A stretch of DNA of 64,000 nt from Mobula hypostoma. Lineage: Eukaryota. The notes beneath the pieces were generated by a model. The model was not told the origin of the DNA and did not search any database. It worked only from the letters and a program-made list of their open reading frames with translations. Made by a program: the position numbers and the translations under genes. Position 1 is the first letter of the stretch. Every line of letters begins with the position of its first letter. Below, piece after piece: positions 1-13,559 of this stretch. The stretch is taken from assembly GCF_963921235.1 (NCBI RefSeq), contig NC_086097.1:66094001-66158000 (forward strand). Direction: 5' to 3'.

Positions 1-246
1 TGGAGACTGGGGGCGAGGCTGGAGGCTGGAGACTGGAGGCGAGGCTGGAGACCAGGGGCGAGGCGAGGCTGTAGGCTGGAGACTAGGGGCAGGGCGAGGC
101 TGGAGGGTGGAGACTGGAGGCGAGGCTGGAGACTAGGGGCGAGGCGAGTCTGGGGGCTGGAGACCAGGGGCGAGGCGGGGCTGGAGGCTGGAGAGCAGGG
201 GCGAGGCTGGAGGATGCAGACCAGAGGCAACGTGAGGCTGTAGGGT

Positions 247-3200
247 GGAGACTAGGGGCGAGGCTAGAGGCTGGAGACAAGGGGCGGGGCGAGGCTGGAG
301 ACAAGGGGCTGGGCGAGGCTGGAGGCTGGAGACCAGGGGCGAGGCGAGGCTGGAGGCTGGAGACCAGGGGCGGGGCGAGGCGAGGCTGGAGGTTGGAGAC
401 CAGGGGTGAGGCGGGGCTGGAGGTTGCAGACTAGGGGCGGGGCGAGGCTGGAGGCTGGAGGCTGGAGACTGGAGGCGAGGCTGGAGACTAGGGGCGAGGC
501 GAGTCTGGGGGCTGGAGACCAGGGGTGAGGCGGGGCTGGAGGCTGGAGACCAGGGGCGAGGCGAGGCTGGAGACTGGAGGTGAGGCTGTAGGCTGGAGAC
601 TAGGGGCGGGGCGAGGCTGGAGACTAGGGGCGGGGCGAGGCTGGAGGCTGGAGACTAGGGGCGAGGCTAGAGGCTGGAGACTAGGGGCGAGGCTAGAGGC
701 TGGAGACAAGGGGCGGGGCGAGGCTGGAGACAAGGGGCGGGGCGAGGCTGGAGGCTGGAGACTAGGGGCGAGGCTGGAGGCTGGAGACCAGGGGCGAGGC
801 GAGGCTGGAGGCTGGAGACCAGGGGCGGGGCGAGGCGAGGCTGGAGGTTGGAGACCAGGGGTGAGGCGGGGCTGGAGGTTGGAGACTAGGGGCGGGGCGA
901 GGCTGGAGGCTGGAGGCTGGAGACTGGAGGCGAGGCTGGAGACTAGGGGCGAGGCGAGTCTGGGGGCTGGAGACCAGGGGTGAGGCGGGGCTGGAGGCTG
1001 GAGACCAGGGGCGAGGCGAGGCTGGAGACAAGGGGCGGGGCGAGGCTGGAGGCTGGAGACTATGGGCGAAGCGAGGCTGGAGACTATGGGCGAGGCGAGG
1101 CTTGAGACTAGGGGCGAGGCTGGAGGCTGGAGACTGGGGGCGAGGCTGGAGGCTGGAGACTGGAGGCGAGGCTGGAGACTAGGGGCGAGGCGAGGCTGGG
1201 GGCTGGAGACCAGGGGCGGGGCGAGGCGAGGCTGGAGGTTGGAGACTAGGGGCGAGGCTGGAGGCTGGAGACTGGGGGCGAGGCTGGAGGCTGGAGACTG
1301 GAGGCGAGGCTGGAGACTGGGGGCGAGGCTGGAGGCTAGAGACTAGGGGCGAGGTTGGAGACTAGGGGCGTGAACAGGCTGTAGGCTGGAGATTAGGGGC
1401 GAGGCGAGGCTGCAGGCTGGAGACTAGTGGCGAGGCGAGGCTGGAGACTAGATGTGAGGCTGGAGGCTGGAGACTAGGGGCGAGGTGAGGCTGGAGACTA
1501 GAGGCGAGGCTGGAGGCTGGAGACTAGGGGCGAGGCAACGCTGGAGACTAGGGGCGAGGCTGGAGACTAGAGGCGAGGCTGGAGATGAGAGGCAATGCGA
1601 GATTGGAGGTTGGAGATTAGGGGCGAGGCGAGGTTGCAGGCTGGAGACTAGTGGCGAGGCGAGGCTGGAGACTAGAGGCGAGGCTGGAGACTAGGGGCGA
1701 GGCTGGAGGCTGGAGACAAGGGGCGGGGCGAGGCTGGAGGCTGAAGACTAGGGGCGAGGCTGGAGGCTGGAGGCTGGAGACCAGGGGCGAGGCGAGGCTG
1801 GAGGCTGGAGACCAGGGGCGGGGCGAGGCGAGGCTGGAGGTTGGAGACCAGGTGTGAGACCGGGCTGGAGGTTGGAGACTAGGGGCGGGGCGAGGCTGGA
1901 GGCTGGAGACTGGGGGCGAGGCTGGAGGCTGGAGACTGGAGGCGAGGCTGGAGACTAGAGGCGAGGCTGGGGGCTGGAGACCAGGGGCGAGGCGGGGCTG
2001 GAGGCTGGAGAGCAGGGGTGAAGCTGGAGGCTGCGACTAGAGGCAACGTTAGGCTGTAGGCTGGAGACGAGGGGCAGGGCGAGGCTGGAGGGTGGATTCT
2101 AGGGGCAGGGCGAGGCTGGAGACTTGATGCGAGGCTGGCGGCTGGAGACTAGGGGCGGGGCGAGGCTGGAGATTAGAGGCGAGGCAAGGCTGGAGACTAG
2201 AGACGAGGCTGGAGGCTGCAGACGAGAGGCAATGTGAGGCTGGAGGCTGGAAACTAGGGGCGGGGCTCGGGGCTGGAGACTGGGGGCGAGGCAAGGCTGG
2301 AGACTGGGGGCGAGGCTGGAGTCTAGGGGCGAGGCGAGGCTAGAGACTGGGGGCGAGGCTGGAGGCTAGAGACTAGGGGCGAGGTTGGAGGTTGGAGACT
2401 AGGAGCGTGAACAGGCTGTAGGCTGGAGATTAGGGGCGAGGCGAGGCTGCAGGCTGGAGACTAGCGGCGAGGCGAGGCTGGAGACTAGATGTGAGGCTGG
2501 AGGCTGGACTCTAGGGGCGAGGTGAGGCTGGAGACTAGGGGCGAGGCTGGAGGCTGGAGACTAGAGGCGAGGCTGGAGGCTGGAGACTAGGGGCGAGGCT
2601 GGAGACTAGAGGCGAGGCTGGAGATGAGAGGCAATGCGAGATTGGAGTTTGGAGATTAGGGGCGAGGCGAGGCTGCAGGCTGGAGACTAGTGGCGAGGCG
2701 AGGCTGGAGACTAGAGGCGAGGCTGGAGACTAGGGGCAAGGCTGGAGGCTGGAGACTAGGGGCGAGGCTGGAGGCTGGAGTCGAGGGGCGGGGCCAGGCT
2801 GGAGACAAGGGGCGGGGCGATGCTGGAGGCTGGAGACTAGGGGCGAGGCTGGAGGCTGGAGTCAAGGGGCGGGGCGAGGCTGGAGACAAGGGGTGGGGCG
2901 ATGCTGGAGGCTGGAGACTAGGGGCGAGGCTGGAGGCTGGAGACCAGGAGCGAGGCGAGGCTGGAGGCTGGAGACTAGGGGCGAGGCGAGTCTGGGGGCT
3001 GGAGACCAGGGGTGAGGCGGGGCTGGAGGCTGGAGACCAGGGGCGAGGCGAGGCTGGAGACTGGATGCGAGGCTGGAGGCTGGAGACTAGGGGCGGGGCG
3101 AGGCTGGAGACAAGGGGTGAGGCTGGAGGCTGCAGACTATGGGCGAAGCGAGGCTGGAGACTATGGGCGAGGCGAGGCTTGAGACTAGGGGCGAGGCTGG

Positions 3201-3445
3201 AGGCTGGAGACCAGGGGCGAGGTGAGGCTGCAGGCTGGAGACCAGGGGCGGGGCGAGGCGAGGCTGGATGTTGGAGACCAGGGGTGAGGCGGGGCTGGAG
3301 GTTGGAGACTAGGGGCGGGGCGAGGCTGGAGGCTGGAGACTGGGGGCGAGGCTGGAGGCTGGAGACTGGAGGCGAGGCTGGAGACCAGGGGCGAGGCGAG
3401 GCTGTAGGCTGGAGACTAGGGGCAGGGCGAGGCTGGAGGGTGGAG
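247..3445 (+). repeat. ~3.2-kb block, copy 1 (copy 2 at ~7081-10248)
   Basis: ORF-track offsets are 6834 (488/7322, 762/7596, 1062/7896, 1651/8485), then 6803 (2656/9459, 2690/9493). Shared rare variants include CAGGTGTGAGAC, GCTGCGACTAG, GGAGCGTGAAC and GGATGTTGG. Confidence 0.9.
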
Positions 3446-3979
3446 ACTGGAGGCGAGGCTGGAGACTAGGGGCGAGGCGAGTCTGGGGGCTGGAGACCAG
3501 GGGCGAGGCGGGGCTGGAGGCTGGAGAGCAGGGGCGAGGCTGGAGGATGCAGACCAGAGGCAACGTGAGGCTGTAGGGTGGAGACTAGGGGCAGGGCGAG
3601 GCTGGAGGGTGGATTCTAGGGGCAGGGCGAGGCTGGAGACTTGATGCGAGGCTGGCGGCTGGAGACTAGGGGCGGGGCGAGGCTGGAGATTAGAGGCGAG
3701 GCAAGGCTGGAGACTAGAGACGAGGCTGGAGGCTGCAGACGAGAGGCAATGTGAGGCTGGAGGCTGGAAACTAGGGGCGGGGCTCGGGGCTGGAGACTGG
3801 GGGCGGGGCAAGGCTGGAGACTAGGGGCGAAGCGAGGCTGGAGACTGGGGGCGAGGCTGGAGGCTAGAGACTAGGGGCGAGGTTGGAGACTAGGGGCGTG
3901 AACAGGCTGTAGGCTGGAGATTAGGGGCGAGGCGAGGCTGCAGGCTGGAGACTAGTGGCGAGGCGAGGCTGGAGACTAG

Positions 3980-5810
3980 ATGCGAGGCTGGAGGCTGGAG
4001 ACCAGGGGCGAGGCTGGAGGCTGGAGACCAGGGGCGAGGCTGGAGGCTGGAGACAAGGGGCGGGGCGAGGCTGGAGACAAGGGGCGGGGCGAGGCTGGAG
4101 GCTGGAGACCAGGGGCGAGGCTGGAGGCTGGAGACCAGGGGCGAGGCAAGGCTGGAGACCAGGGGCGGGGCGAGGCGATGCTGGAGGTTGGAGACCAGGG
4201 GTGAGGCGGGGCTGGAGGCTGGAGAGCAGGGGCGAGGCGAGGCTGGAACTGGGGGCGAGGCTGCAGGCTGGAGACCAGGGGCGGGGCGAGGCGGGGCTGG
4301 AGGTTGGAGACTAGGGGCGGGGCGAGGCTGGAGGCTGGAGACTGGAGGCGAGGCTGGAGACTAGGGCCGAGGCGAGTCTGGGGGCTGGAGACCAGGGGTG
4401 AGGCGGGGCTGGAGGCTGGAGACCAGGGGCGAGGCGAGGCTGGAGACTGGGGGCGAGGCTGGAGGCTGGAGACTAGAGGCGAGGCTGGAGATGAGAGGCA
4501 ATGTGAGATTGGAGGTTGGAGATTAGGGGCGAGGCGAGGCTGCAGGCTGGAGACTAGTGGCGAGGCGAGGCTGGAGACGAGAGGCGAGGCGAGGCTGGAG
4601 ACAAGGGGCAGGGCGAGGCTGGAGGCTGGAGACTAGGGGCGAGGCTGGAGGCTGGAGACCAGGGGCGAGGCGAGGCTGGAGGCTGGAGACCAGGGGCGGG
4701 GCGAGGCGAGGCTGGAGGTTGGAGACCAGGGGTGAGGCGGGGCTGGAGGTTGGAGACTAGGGGCGGGGCGAGGCTGGAGGCTGGAGACTGGGGGCGAGGC
4801 TGGAGGCTGGAGACTGGAGGCGAGGCTGGAGACTAGGGGCGAGGCCAGGCTGGGGGCTGGAGACCAGGGGCGAGGCGGGGCTGGAGGCTGGAGAGCAGGG
4901 GCGAGGCTGGAGGATGCAGACCAGAGGCAACGTGAGGCTGTAGGGTGGAGACTAGGGACAGGGCGAGGCTGGAGGGTGGATTCTAGGGGCAGGGCGAGGC
5001 TGGAGACTTGATGCGAGGCTGGCGGCTGGAGACTAGGGGCGGGGCGAGGCTGGAGATTAGAGGCGAGGCAAGGCTGGAGACTAGAGAAGAGGCTGGAGGC
5101 TGCAGACGAGAGGCAATGTGAGGCTGGAGGCTGGAAACTAGGGGCGGGGCTCGGGGCTGGAGACTGGGGGCGGTGCAAGGCTGGAGACTAGGGGCTAGGC
5201 GAGGCTGGAGACTGGGGGCGAGGCTGAAGACTGGGGGCGAGGCTGGAGACTAGAGGCGAGGCTGGAGACGAGGGGCGTGAACAGGCTGCAGGTTGGAGAT
5301 TAGGGGCGAGGCGAGGCTGCAGGCTGGAGACTAGTGGCGAGGCGAGGCTGGAGACTAGAGGCGAGGCTGGAGGCTGGAGACCAGGGGCGAGGCTGGAGGC
5401 TGGAGACCAGGGGCGAGGCTGGAGGCTGGAGATAAGGGGCGGGGCGAGGCTGGAGACAAGGGGCGGGGCGAGGCTGGAGGCTGGAGACCAGGGGCGAGGC
5501 AAGGCTGGAGACCAGGGGCGGGGCGAGGCGATGCTGGAGGTTGGAGACCAGGGGTGAGGCGGGGCTGGAGGCTGGAGAGCAGGGGCGAGGCGAGGCTGGA
5601 ACTGGGGGCGAGGCTGCAGGCTGGAGACCAGGGGCGGGGCGAGGCGGGGCTGGAGGTTGGAGACTAGGGGCGGGGCGAGGCTGGAGGCTGGAGACTGGAG
5701 GCGAGGCTGGAGACTAGGGCCGAGGCGAGTCTGGGGGCTGGAGACCAGGGGTGAGGCGGGGCTGGAGGCTGGAGACCAGGGGCGAGGCGAGGCTGGAGAC
5801 TGGGGGCGAG
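3980..5810 (+). repeat. Local direct duplication: ~3980-4450 repeated at ~5350-5810 (offset 1353)
   Basis: Rare variants GGCGATGCTGG, GGAACTGGGGG and TAGGGCCGAGG occur in both copies; ORF offset 4304/5657. Confidence 0.75.
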
Positions 5811-7080
5811 GCTGGAGACTGGGGGCGAGGCTGGAGGCTGGAGACTAGAGGCGAGGCTGGAGACTAGGGGTGAGTTTGGAGGCTGGAGAATAGGGGCATG
5901 AACAGGCTGCAGGTTGGAGATTAGGGGCGAGGCGAGGCTGCAGGCTGGAGACTAGTGGCGAGGCGAGGCTGGAGACTGGAGGCGAGGCTGGAGGCTGGAG
6001 ACTAGGGGCGGGGCGAGGCTGGAGACAAGGGGCGGGGCGAGGCTGGAGGCTGGAGACTATGGGCGAAGCGAGGCTGGAGACTATGGGCGAGGCGAGGCTT
6101 GAGACTAGGGGCGAGGCTGGAGGCTGGAGACCAGTGGCGAGGTGAGGCTGGAGGCTGGAGACCAGGGGCGGGGCGAGGCGAGGCTGGAGGTTGGAGACCA
6201 GGGGTGAGGCGGGGCTGGAGGTTGGAGACTAGGGGCGGGGCGAGGCTGGAGGCTGGAGACTGGAGGCGAGGCTGGAGACTAGGGGCGAGGCGAGGCTGGG
6301 GGCTGGAGACCAGGGGCGAGGCGGGGCTGGAGGCTGGAGAGCAGGGGCGAGGCTGGAGGCTGCAGACTAGAGGCAACGTGAGGCTGTAGGCTGGAGACTA
6401 GGGGCAGGGCGAGGCTGGAGGGTGGAGTCTAGGGGCAGGGCAAGGCTGGAGACTTGATGCGAGGCTGGCGGCTGGAGACTAGGGGCGAGGCTGGAGATTA
6501 GAGGCGAGGCAAGGCTGGAGACTAGAGACGAGGCTGGAGGCTGCAGACGAGAGGCAATGTGAGGCTGGAGGCTGGAAACTAGGGGCGGGGCTCGGGGCTG
6601 GAGACTGGGGGCGAGGCAAGGCTGGAGACTGGGGTCGAGGCGAGGCTGGAGACTGGGGACGAGGCTGGAGACTAGGGGCGAGGCGAGGCTGGAGACTGGG
6701 GGCGAGGCTGGAGGCTAGAGACTAGGGGCGAGGTTGGAGGTTGGAGACCAGGGGCGTGAACAGGCTGTAGGCTGGAGATTAGGGGCGAGGCGAGGCTGCA
6801 GGCTGGAGACTAGTGGCGAGGCGAGGCTGGAGACTAGATGTGAGGCTGGAGGCTGGACTCTAGGGGCGAGGTGAGGCTGGAGACTAGGGGCGAGGCTGGA
6901 GGCTGGAGACTAGAGGCGAGGCTGGAGGCTGGAGACTAGGGGCGAGGCTGGAGACTAGAGGCGAGGCTGGAGATGAGAGACAATGCGAGATTGGAGGTTG
7001 GAGATTAGGGGCGAGGCGAGGCTGCAGGCTGGAGACTAGTGGCGAGGCAAGGCTGGAGACTAGGGGCGAGGCTAGAGGCT

Positions 7081-10000
7081 GGAGACTAGGGGCGAGGCTA
7101 GAGGCTGGAGACAAGGGGCGGGGCGAGGCTGGAGACAAGGGGCTGGGCGAGGCTGGAGGCTGGAGACCAGGGGCGAGGCGAGGCTGGAGGCTGGAGACCA
7201 GGGGCGGGGCGAGGCGAGGCTGGAGGTTGGAGACCAGGGGTGAGGCGGGGCTGGAGGTTGCAGACTAGGGGCGGGGCGAGGCTGGAGGCTGGAGGCTGGA
7301 GACTGGAGGCGAGGCTGGAGACTAGGGGCGAGGCGAGTCTGGGGGCTGGAGACCAGGGGTGAGGCGGGGCTGGAGGCTGGAGACCAGGGGCGAGGCGAGG
7401 CTGGAGACTGGAGGTGAGGCTGTAGGCTGGAGACTAGGGGCGGGGCGAGGCTGGAGACTAGGGGCGGGGCGAGGCTGGAGGCTGGAGACTAGGGGCGAGG
7501 CTTGAGGCTGGAGACTAGGGGCGAGGCTAGAGGCTGGAGACAAGGGGCGGGGCGAGGCTGGAGACAAGGGGCGGGGCGAGGCTGGAGGCTGGAGACTAGG
7601 GGCGAGGCTGGAGGCTGGAGACCAGGGGCGAGGCGAGGCTGGAGGCTGGAGACCAGGGGCGGGGCGAGGCGAGGCTGGAGGTTGGAGACCAGGGGTGAGG
7701 CGGGGCTGGAGGTTGGAGACTAGGGGCGGGGCGAGGCTGGAGGCTGGAGGCTGGAGACTGGAGGCGAGGCTGGAGACTAGGGGCGAGGCGAGTCTGGGGG
7801 CTGGAGACCAGGGGTGAGGCGGGGCTGGAGGCTGGAGACCAGGGGCGAGGCGAGGCTGGAGACAAGGGGCGGGGCGAGGCTGGAGGCTGGAGACTATGGG
7901 CGAAGCGAGGCTGGAGACTATGGGCGAGGCGAGGCTTGAGACTAGGGGCGAGGCTGGAGGCTGGAGACTGGGGGCGAGGCTGGAGGCTGGAGACTGGAGG
8001 CGAGGCTGGAGACTAGGGGCGAGGCGAGGCTGGGGGCTGGAGACCAGGGGCGGGGCGAGGCGAGGCTGGAGGTTGGAGACTAGGGGCGAGGCTGGAGGCT
8101 GGAGACTGGGGGCGAGGCTGGAGGCTGGAGACTGGAGGCGAGGCTGGAGACTGGGGGCGAGGCTGGAGGCTAGAGACTAGGGGCGAGGTTGGAGACTAGG
8201 GGCGTGAACAGGCTGTAGGCTGGAGATTAGGGGCGAGGCGAGGCTGCAGGCTGGAGACTAGTGGCGAGGCGAGGCTGGAGACTAGATGTGAGGCTGGAGG
8301 CTGGAGACTAGGGGCGAGGTGAGGCTGGAGACTAGAGGCGAGGCTGGAGGCTGGAGACTAGGGGCGAGGCAAGGGTGGAGAGTAGGGGCGAGGCGGGAGA
8401 CTAGAGGCGAGGCTGGAGATGAGAGGCAATGCGAGATTGGAGGTTGGAGATTAGGGGCGAGGCGAGGCTGCAGGCTGGAGACTAGTGGCGAGGCGAGGCT
8501 GGAGACTAGAGGCGAGGCTGGAGACTAGGGGCGAGGCTGGAGGCTGGAGACAAGGGGCGGGGCGAGGCTGGAGGCTGAAGACTAGGGGCGAGGCTGGAGG
8601 CTGGAGGCTGGAGACCAGGGGCGAGGCGAGGCTGGAGGCTGGAGACCAGGGGCGGGGCGAGGCGAGGCTGGAGGTTGGAGACCAGGTGTGAGACGGGGCT
8701 GGAGGCTGGAGACTGGGGGCGAGGCTGGAGGCTGGAGACTGGAGGCGAGGCTGGAGACTAGAGGCGAGGCTGGGGGCTGGAGACCAGGGGCGAGGCGGGG
8801 CTGGAGGCTGGAGAGCAGGGGTGAAGCTGGAGGCTGCGACTAGAGGCAACGTTAGGCTGTAGGCTGGAGACGAGGGGCAGGGCGAGGCTGGAGGGTGGAT
8901 TCTAGGGGCAGGGCGAGGCTGGAGACTTGATGCGAGGCTGGCGGCTGGAGACTAGGGGCGGGGCGAGGCTGGAGATTAGAGGCGAGGCAAGGCTGGAGAC
9001 TAGAGACGAGGCTGGAGGCTGCAGACGAGAGGCAATGTGAGGCTGGAGGCTGGAAACTAGGGGCGGGGCTCGGGGCTGGAGACTGGGGGCGAGGCTAGGC
9101 TGGAGACTGGGGGCGAGGCTGGAGTCTAGGGGCGAGGCGAGGCTAGAGACTGGGGGCGAGGCTGGAGGCTAGAGACTAGGGGCGAGGTTGGAGGTTGGAG
9201 ACTAGGAGCGTGAACAGGCTGTAGGCTGGAGATTAGGGGCGAGGCGAGGCTGCAGGCTGGAGACTAGTGGCGAGGCGAGGCTGGAGACTAGATGTGAGGC
9301 TGGAGGCTGGACTCTAGGGGCGAGGTGAGGCTGGAGACTAGGGGCGAGGCTGGAGGCTGGAGACTAGAGGCGAGGCTGGAGGCTGGAGACTAGGGGCGAG
9401 GCTGGAGACTAGAGGCGAGGCTGGAGATGAGAGGCAATGCGAGATTGGAGTTTGGAGATTAGGGGCGAGGCGAGGCTGCAGGCTGGAGACTAGTGGCGAG
9501 GCGAGGCTGGAGACTAGAGGCGAGGCTGGAGACTAGGGGCGAGGCTGGAGGCTGGAGACTAGGGGCGAGGCTGGAGGCTGGAGTCGAGGGGCGGGGCCAG
9601 GCTGGAGACAAGGGGCGGGGCGATGCTGGAGGCTGGAGACTAGGGGCGAGGCTGGAGGCTGGAGTCAAGGGGCGGGGCGAGGCTGGAGACAAGGGGTGGG
9701 GCGATGCTGGAGGCTGGAGACTAGGGGCGAGGCTGGAGGCTGGAGACCAGGAGCGAGGCGAGGCTGGAGGCTGGAGACTAGGGGCGAGGCGAGTCTGGGG
9801 GCTGGAGACCAGGGGTGAGGCGGGGCTGGAGGCTGGAGACCAGGGGCGAGGCGAGGCTGGAGACTGGATGCGAGGCTGGAGGCTGGAGACTAGGGGCGGG
9901 GCGAGGCTGGAGACAAGGGGTGAGGCTGGAGGCTGCAGACTATGGGCGAAGCGAGGCTGGAGACTATGGGCGAGGCGAGGCTTGAGACTAGGGGCGAGGC

Positions 10001-10248
10001 TGGAGGCTGGAGACCAGGGGCGAGGTGAGGCTGCAGGCTGGAGACCAGGGGCGGGGCGAGGCGAGGCTGGATGTTGGAGACCAGGGGTGAGGCGGGGCTG
10101 GAGGTTGGAGACTAGGGGCGGGGCGAGGCTGGAGGCTGGAGACTGGGGGCGAGGCTGGAGGCTGGAGACTGGAGGCGAGGCTGGAGACCAGGGGCGAGGC
10201 GAGGCTGTAGGCTGGAGACTAGGGGCAGGGCGAGGCTGGAGGGTGGAG
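7081..10248 (+). repeat. ~3.2-kb block, copy 2 of 247-3445
   Basis: Same rare variants in the same order; one 31-bp deletion near 8700 relative to copy 1. Confidence 0.9.
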
Positions 10249-13200
10249 TCTTGGGGCAGGGCGAGGCTGGAGACTTGATGCGAGGCTGGCGGCTGGAGAC
10301 TAGTGGCGGGGCGAGGCTGGAGATTAGAGGCGAGGCATGGCTGGAGACGAGAGACGAGGCTGGAGGCTGCAGACGAGAGGCAATGTGAGGCTGGAGGCTG
10401 GAAACTAGGGGCGGGGCTCGGGGCTGGAGACTGGGGGCGAGGCTGGAGACTAGGGGCGAGGCGAGGCTGGAGACTGGGGGCGAGGATGGAGGTTGGAGAC
10501 TAGGGGCGTGAACAGGCTGTAGGCTGGAGATTAGGTGCGAGGCGAGGCTGCAGGCTGGAGACTAGTGGCGAGGCTGGAGGCTGGAGTCACAGGGCGAGGT
10601 GAGGCTGGAGACTAGGGGCGAGGCTGGAGGCTGGAGACTAGAGGCGAGGCTGGAGGCTGGAGACCAGGGGCGAGGCAACGCTGGAGACTGGGGCGAGGCT
10701 GGAGACTAGAGGCGCGGCTGGAGATAGGCAATGCGAGATTGGAGGTTGGAGATTAGGGGCGAGGCGAGGCTGGAGACTAGAGGCGAGGCGAGGCTGGAGA
10801 CAAGGGGCGGGGCGAGGCTGGAGGCTGGAGACTAGGGGCGAGGCTGGAGGCTGGAGACCAGGGGCGAGGCGAGGCTGGAGGCTGGAGTCCAGGGGCGGGG
10901 CGAGGCGAGGCTGGAGGTTGGAGACCAGGGGTGAGGCGGGGCTGGAGGTTGGAGACTAGGGGCGGGGCGAGGCTGGAGGCTGGAGGCTGGAGACTGGGGG
11001 CGAGGCTGGAGGTTGGAGACTGGAGGCGAGGCTGGAGACTAGGGGCGAGGCGAGGCTGGGGGCTGGAGACCAGGGGCGAGGCGGGGCTGGAGGCTGGAAG
11101 GCAGGGGCGAGGCTGGAGGCTGCAGACCAGAGGCAACGTGAGGCTGTAGGCTGGAGACTAGGGGCAGGGCGAGGCTGGAGGGTGGATTCTAGGGGCAGGG
11201 CAAGGCTGGAGACTTGATGCGAGGCTGGCGGCTGGAGACTAGGGGCAGGGCGAGGCTGGAGATTAGAGGCGAGGCAAGGCTGGAGACTAGAGACGAGGCT
11301 GGAGGCTGCAGACGAGAGGCAATGTGAGGCTGGAGGCTGGAGACTGGGGGCGAGGCTGGAGACGAGGGGCGAGGCGAGGCTGGAGACTGGGGGCGAGGCT
11401 GGAGGCTAGAGACCAGGGGCGAGGTTGGAGGTTGGAGACCAGGGGCGTGAACAGGCTGTAAGTGGAGATTAGGGGCGAGGCGAGGCTGCAGGCTGGAGAC
11501 TAGTGGCGAGGCGAGGCTGGAGACTCGATGTGAGGCTGGAGGCTGGAGTCTAGGGGCGAGGTGAGGCTGGAGACTAGGGGCGAGGCTGGAGGCTGGAGAC
11601 TAGAGGCGAGGCTGGAGGCTGGAGACTAGGGGCGAGGCTGGAGACTAGAGGCGAGGCTGGAGATGAGAGGCAATGCGAGATTGGAGGTTGGAGATTAGGG
11701 GCGAGGCGAGGCTGCAGGCTGGAGACTAGTGGCGAGGCGATGCTGGAGACTAGGGGCGAGGCTGGAGGCTGGAGACTAGGGGCGAGGCTGGAGGCTGGAG
11801 ACTAGGGGCGAGGTTGGAGGTTGGAGACTAGGGGCGTGAACAGGCTGTAGGCTGGAGATTAGGGGCGAGGCGAGGCTGGAGGCTGGAGACCAGGGGCGGG
11901 GCGAGGCGAGGCTGGAGGTTGGAGACCAGGGGTGTGGCGGGGCTGGAGATTGGAGACTAGGGGCGGGGCGAGGCTGGAGGCTGGAGACTGGGGGCGAGGC
12001 TGGAGGCTGGAGAATGGAGGCGAGGCTGGAGACTCGGGGCGAGGCGAGGCTGGGGGCTGGAGACCAGGGGCGAGGCGGGCTGGAGGCTGGAGAGCAGGGG
12101 CGAGGCTGGAGGCTGCAGACCAGAGGAAATGTGAGGCTGAAGGCTGGAGATTAGGGGTGAGGCGAGGCTGCAGGCTGGAGACTAGTGGCGAGGCGAGGCT
12201 GGAGACTAGATGTGAGGCTGGAGGCTGGAGTCTAGGGGCGAGGTGAGGCTGGAGACTAGAGGCGAGGCTGGAGGCTGGAGACTAGATGTGAGGCTGGAGG
12301 CTGGAGACTAGATGTGAGGCTGGAGGCTGGAGACTAGAGGCGAGGCTGGAGGCTGGAGACTAGGGGCGAGGCAACGCTGGAGACTAGGGGCGAGGCTGGA
12401 GACTAGAGGCGAGGCTGGAGATGAGAGGCAATGCGAGATTGGAGGTTGGAGATTAGGGGCGAGGCGAGGCTGCAGGCTGGAGACCAGTGGCGAGGCGAGG
12501 CTGGAGACTAGGGGCGAGGCTGGAGGCTGGAGACTAGGGGCGAGGCTGGAGGCTGGAGACCAGGGGCGAGGTGAGGCGAGGCTGGAGGCTGGAGACCAGG
12601 GGCGGGGCGAGGCGCGGCTGGAGGTTGGAGACCAGGGGTGAGGCGGGGCTGGAGGTTGGAGACTAGGGGCGGGGCGAGGCTGGAGGCGAGGCTGGAGACT
12701 AGAGGCGAGGCTGGAGGCTGCAGACGAAAGGCAATGTGAGGCTGGAGGCTGGAAACTAGGGGCGGGGCTCGGGGCTGGAGACTGGGGTCGAGGCAAGGCT
12801 GGAGACTGGGGTCGAGGCGAGGCTGGAGACTGGGGGCGAGGCTGGAGACTAGGGGCGAGGTGAGGCTGGAGACTGGGGGCGAGGCTGGAGGCTAGAGACT
12901 AGGGGCGAGGTTGGAGGTTGGAGACTAGGGGCGTGAACAGGCTGTAGGCTGGAGATTAGGGGCGAGGCGAGGCTGGAGGCTGGAGACCAGGGGTGTGGCG
13001 GGGCTGGAGGTTGGAGACTAGGGGCGGGGCGAGTCTGGAGGCTGGAGACTGGGGGCGAGGCTGGAGGCTGGAGAATGGAGGCGAGGCTGGAGACTCGGGG
13101 CGAGGCGAGGCTGGGGGCTGGAGACCAGGGGCGAGGCGGGCTGGAGGCTGGAGAGCAGGGGCGAGGCTGGAGGCTGCAGACCAGAGGCAACGTGAGGCTG

Positions 13201-13559
13201 TAGGCTGGAGATTAGGGGCGAGGCGAGGCTGCAGGCTGGAGACTAGTGGCGAGGCGAGGCTGGAGACTAGATGTGAGGCTGGAGGCTGGAGTCTACGGGC
13301 GAGGTGAGGCTGGAGACCAGGGGCGAGGCTGGAGGCTGGAGACTAGGGGCGAGGCAACGCTGGAGACTAGGGGCGAGGCTGGAGACTAGAGGCGAGGCTG
13401 GAGATGAGAGGCAATGCGAGATTGGAGGTTGGAGATTAGGGGCGAGGCGAGGCTGCAGGCTGGAGACTAGTGGCGAGGCAAGGCTGGAGACTAGGGGCGA
13501 GGCTGGAGACTAGGGGCGAGGCTGGAGGCTGGAGACAAGGGGCGGGGCGAGGCTGGAGA

